From NCBI RefSeq assembly GCF_009914755.1, contig NC_060943.1: a stretch of DNA of 64,000 nucleotides. One strand, given 5' to 3'. Source of the stretch: the human T2T-CHM13v2.0 reference genome, Homo sapiens. A model generated the notes under the pieces. It ran no database searches. It saw nothing but the letters and a program-made list of their open reading frames with translations, and was not told where the DNA came from. Each line of letters starts with the position of its first letter. Position 1 is the first letter of the stretch. Positions 59,801 to 64,000 of the stretch are shown here, piece by piece. The translations under genes and the position numbers were made by a program.

Positions 59801-61500
59801 TACAGATTCAATGAAATCCCTATCAAAATTCCCATGGCATTCTTCACAACAACAGAAAAAAATCTCACAATTTGTATGGAACCACAAAAGACCTCGAATA
59901 GTCAAAGCAATCTTGAGCAAAAAGAACAAAGCTGGAGGCATCATACCATGAAACTTCAAAATACAAAACAAAGCTGCAGTAACCCAAACAGCATGGTGCT
60001 GGCATAAAAACACACATAGACCAATGGAACAGAATAGAGAACCCAGAAATTAATCCATATATACACAGTCAACTGATTTTTGTCAAAGGTATGAAGAACA
60101 CTCATTGGAGAAAGGACATTCTCTTTAATAAATGTTGCTGGGAAAACGGAATAACCATATGCAAAAGAATGAAACTAGATACCCATCTTTCATGCTATAC
60201 AAAAATAAACTCAAAATGGATCAAATACCAAATGTAAGACCCCAAACCACAAAACTACTAGAAGAAAACATAGGGGAAATGTTTCAGGACACTGGTCTGG
60301 GAAAAATTTTAATGAATTTTTTTTTTTTTTAAGTAAGACCACAGGCAACAAAAGCAAAAATAAACGAATGAAATTATATCAAACTAAAAAGGCTTCTGCA
60401 CAGCAGAGGAAACAATCATCAGAGTGAAAAGACAACCTAGAGAATTGGGGAAAATGTTTGCAAACTATTTATCTAACAGGGGATTAATATCCAGAATATA
60501 CATTTCAACAGCAAAAAAATTTTTGGTTAAAAAAATGGGCAAATTTTTTGAACAGGCATTTCTCAAAAGAAGACACAGAAATGGATGACAAATATATGAA
60601 AAATTCCCAGCCTTATCATCAGGTAAATGCAAATCAAAACCAAAATGAAGTGTCATCTCATCCCACTTAGGATGGTTATTATCAAAATGACAAAAAAATT
60701 AGCAAGTGCTGGCAAAACTGTGGAGAAAAGGGAACTCTTATATACTGTTGATGGGAATGTAAACTTGTATGGCCACTGTGGAGAACAGTATGAAGGCTCC
60801 TCAAAAAAACCTACGAATAGAAGTAATCATATGGTCCAGCAATCCCACCCAGACATTTATCAAAGGACAGGATATCCGTATATCCAAGAGACATCTACAT
60901 CCCCATATTTATTGCAGCACTATGTATAATAGCTAAGACATGAAATCAACCTGGGTGTCCAACAACAAATGAATGGATAAAGAAAATGTGGTATATATAC
61001 ACAGTGGAGTACTAAGCCATAAAAAGAATGAAATCCTGTCATTCACAGTAACATGGATGGAAGTGTAGGACATTATGTTAAGTGAAATAAGCCAAGAACA
61101 GAAAGTTAACTGCCACATGTTCTCATTCATATGTGGAAACCAAAAAAGTTGATCTCACAGAAGTAAAAAGTAGAACAGAGGATACTATAGGTTGAGAAGG
61201 GGAGAATATGAACAGATTTGTTGAAGGATGAAAAAATCACAGCTAGATAGGAAAAATAAATTCTAGTATTCTATACTACTGTGGGATGCCTATAGTTAAC
61301 AGTAATATATAGTTTCAAATAGTTAGAAGGAGGATATTGAATATTCCCAATACAAAGAAATGAAATATATGAAATGATGGCTATGCTAATTACTCTGATC
61401 TAATCACTATGCATTTTATATGTATGTGTGTGTATATATATACATAAACATCACTATGTACCACATAAATATGTACATTTGTCAATTTTTAAGTTTCTAT
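56870..61500 (+). mobile_element. L1MA (L1MA5-like) element: decayed ORF1, ORF2 and 3'UTR with internal deletions
   Basis: ORF1-like peptide at 56931-57119, RT peptide [38 protein letters not shown] (59018-59413), and L1MA-type 3'UTR gctagataggaaaaataaattctagtattctata. Confidence 0.88.
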
Positions 61501-61799
61501 AAGTAAAATAATAGGTTTTTAACCCCATAAAGTATTTCATAACAATTTAATTTTAATTGTAATCATCCAAATGAATAGATGCTTAGGTGCTAATTAGGAA
61601 AAAATTGCTAGAAATAATTTTTTGAAGTATTATATATCTTTAGAAGTATTTCTCTACTTCTGGAGGTGGAGGGGGAAGAGAGACATATCACTAAGTCAGA
61701 GCAAGGGTATTGGGAATACCTTGCTCTGTGTATCAAGAATTATCTGTATACTGCATAAATAATAATTCTTGAATGTATGTAACAATCTTTAGGTATATA

Positions 61800-62917
<1,118 letters not shown>

Positions 62918-63359
62918 TAGTTGTTATACTGTATTTTTAAAATTTTGCATTTTTTATTGTCTTATTGCTATTTTTTTGGTCCTCAGTTGGTTGAATCTGC
63001 AGATGCACAATCCACAAATACAGAGGGCAGACTGTATTTGCTTTGCTAGTATTTACTTTTGGTTAATGTGCATGTGTGATTTATGAATGATGGCAATAGC
63101 TATGCAGTGGCAGAAAGTTGGGAGTTTATGCCCCATAATGTGTTTTTGAAGGCAGAATACTGCTAGGTGAAATTGAACAAAACCTAAATATATAGAGAAA
63201 TATACCATGTTCATGGATTGAAATACTCCACATTGTTAAGATGTTTATTCTTCCCAAATTGATATGAAGATTCAATGCAATCCTAACAAAAATCCCAGCA
63301 AACATTTTGTAAATCTTTCCAAGCTAATTCTAAAATGCACATAGAAATAAAAAGGTCTA

Positions 63360-64000
<641 letters not shown>

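Noticed and set aside
56870-61500. Possibly functional long L1
   Set aside because: Many stops, frameshifts and internal deletions, and no 5'UTR.

Overview
Human (or near-identical hominid) genomic DNA, recognisable as the LYPD5/ZNF283 interval at the edge of the chr19q13.31 KRAB-zinc-finger cluster. The identification comes from recognising the encoded proteins, not from a database search. Minus strand: the signal-peptide first coding exon of LYPD5 (1199-1262), with an MSR1 minisatellite in intron 1 and a distal CpG-island promoter near 19.3-19.8 kb. Plus strand: the complete ZNF283 gene. It has a CpG-island promoter (~26.1-26.3 kb), three 5' exons, an exonised antisense AluY that supplies the annotated ATG, a pre-KRAB exon, a KRAB-A exon and a terminal exon with 15 intact C2H2 fingers (677 aa as spliced here). 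The rest is mostly repeats: about 45 Alus, L1PB1, L1MA and young L1PA pieces, MaLR/ERVL/ERV1 relics and hAT/Tigger transposons. Most notable observations: (1) the Alu exon behaves as a splice-controlled stop/start switch. Inclusion creates TG|ATG, which terminates an exon-3 ORF on the very base that starts the Alu ATG, while skipping fuses that ORF in frame to the KRAB-ZNF. (2) This allele appears to lack 6 bp including an internal Met. (3) A HERV-E-like env fragment has twin-priming-type inversion geometry and G>A damage. (4) A tailless 5S rRNA retrocopy has a 17-bp target-site duplication (TSD). (5) There is a perfect 164-bp tandem duplication. I found no convincing wholly new multi-gene system. 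Repeat subfamily names and repeat boundaries are approximate.
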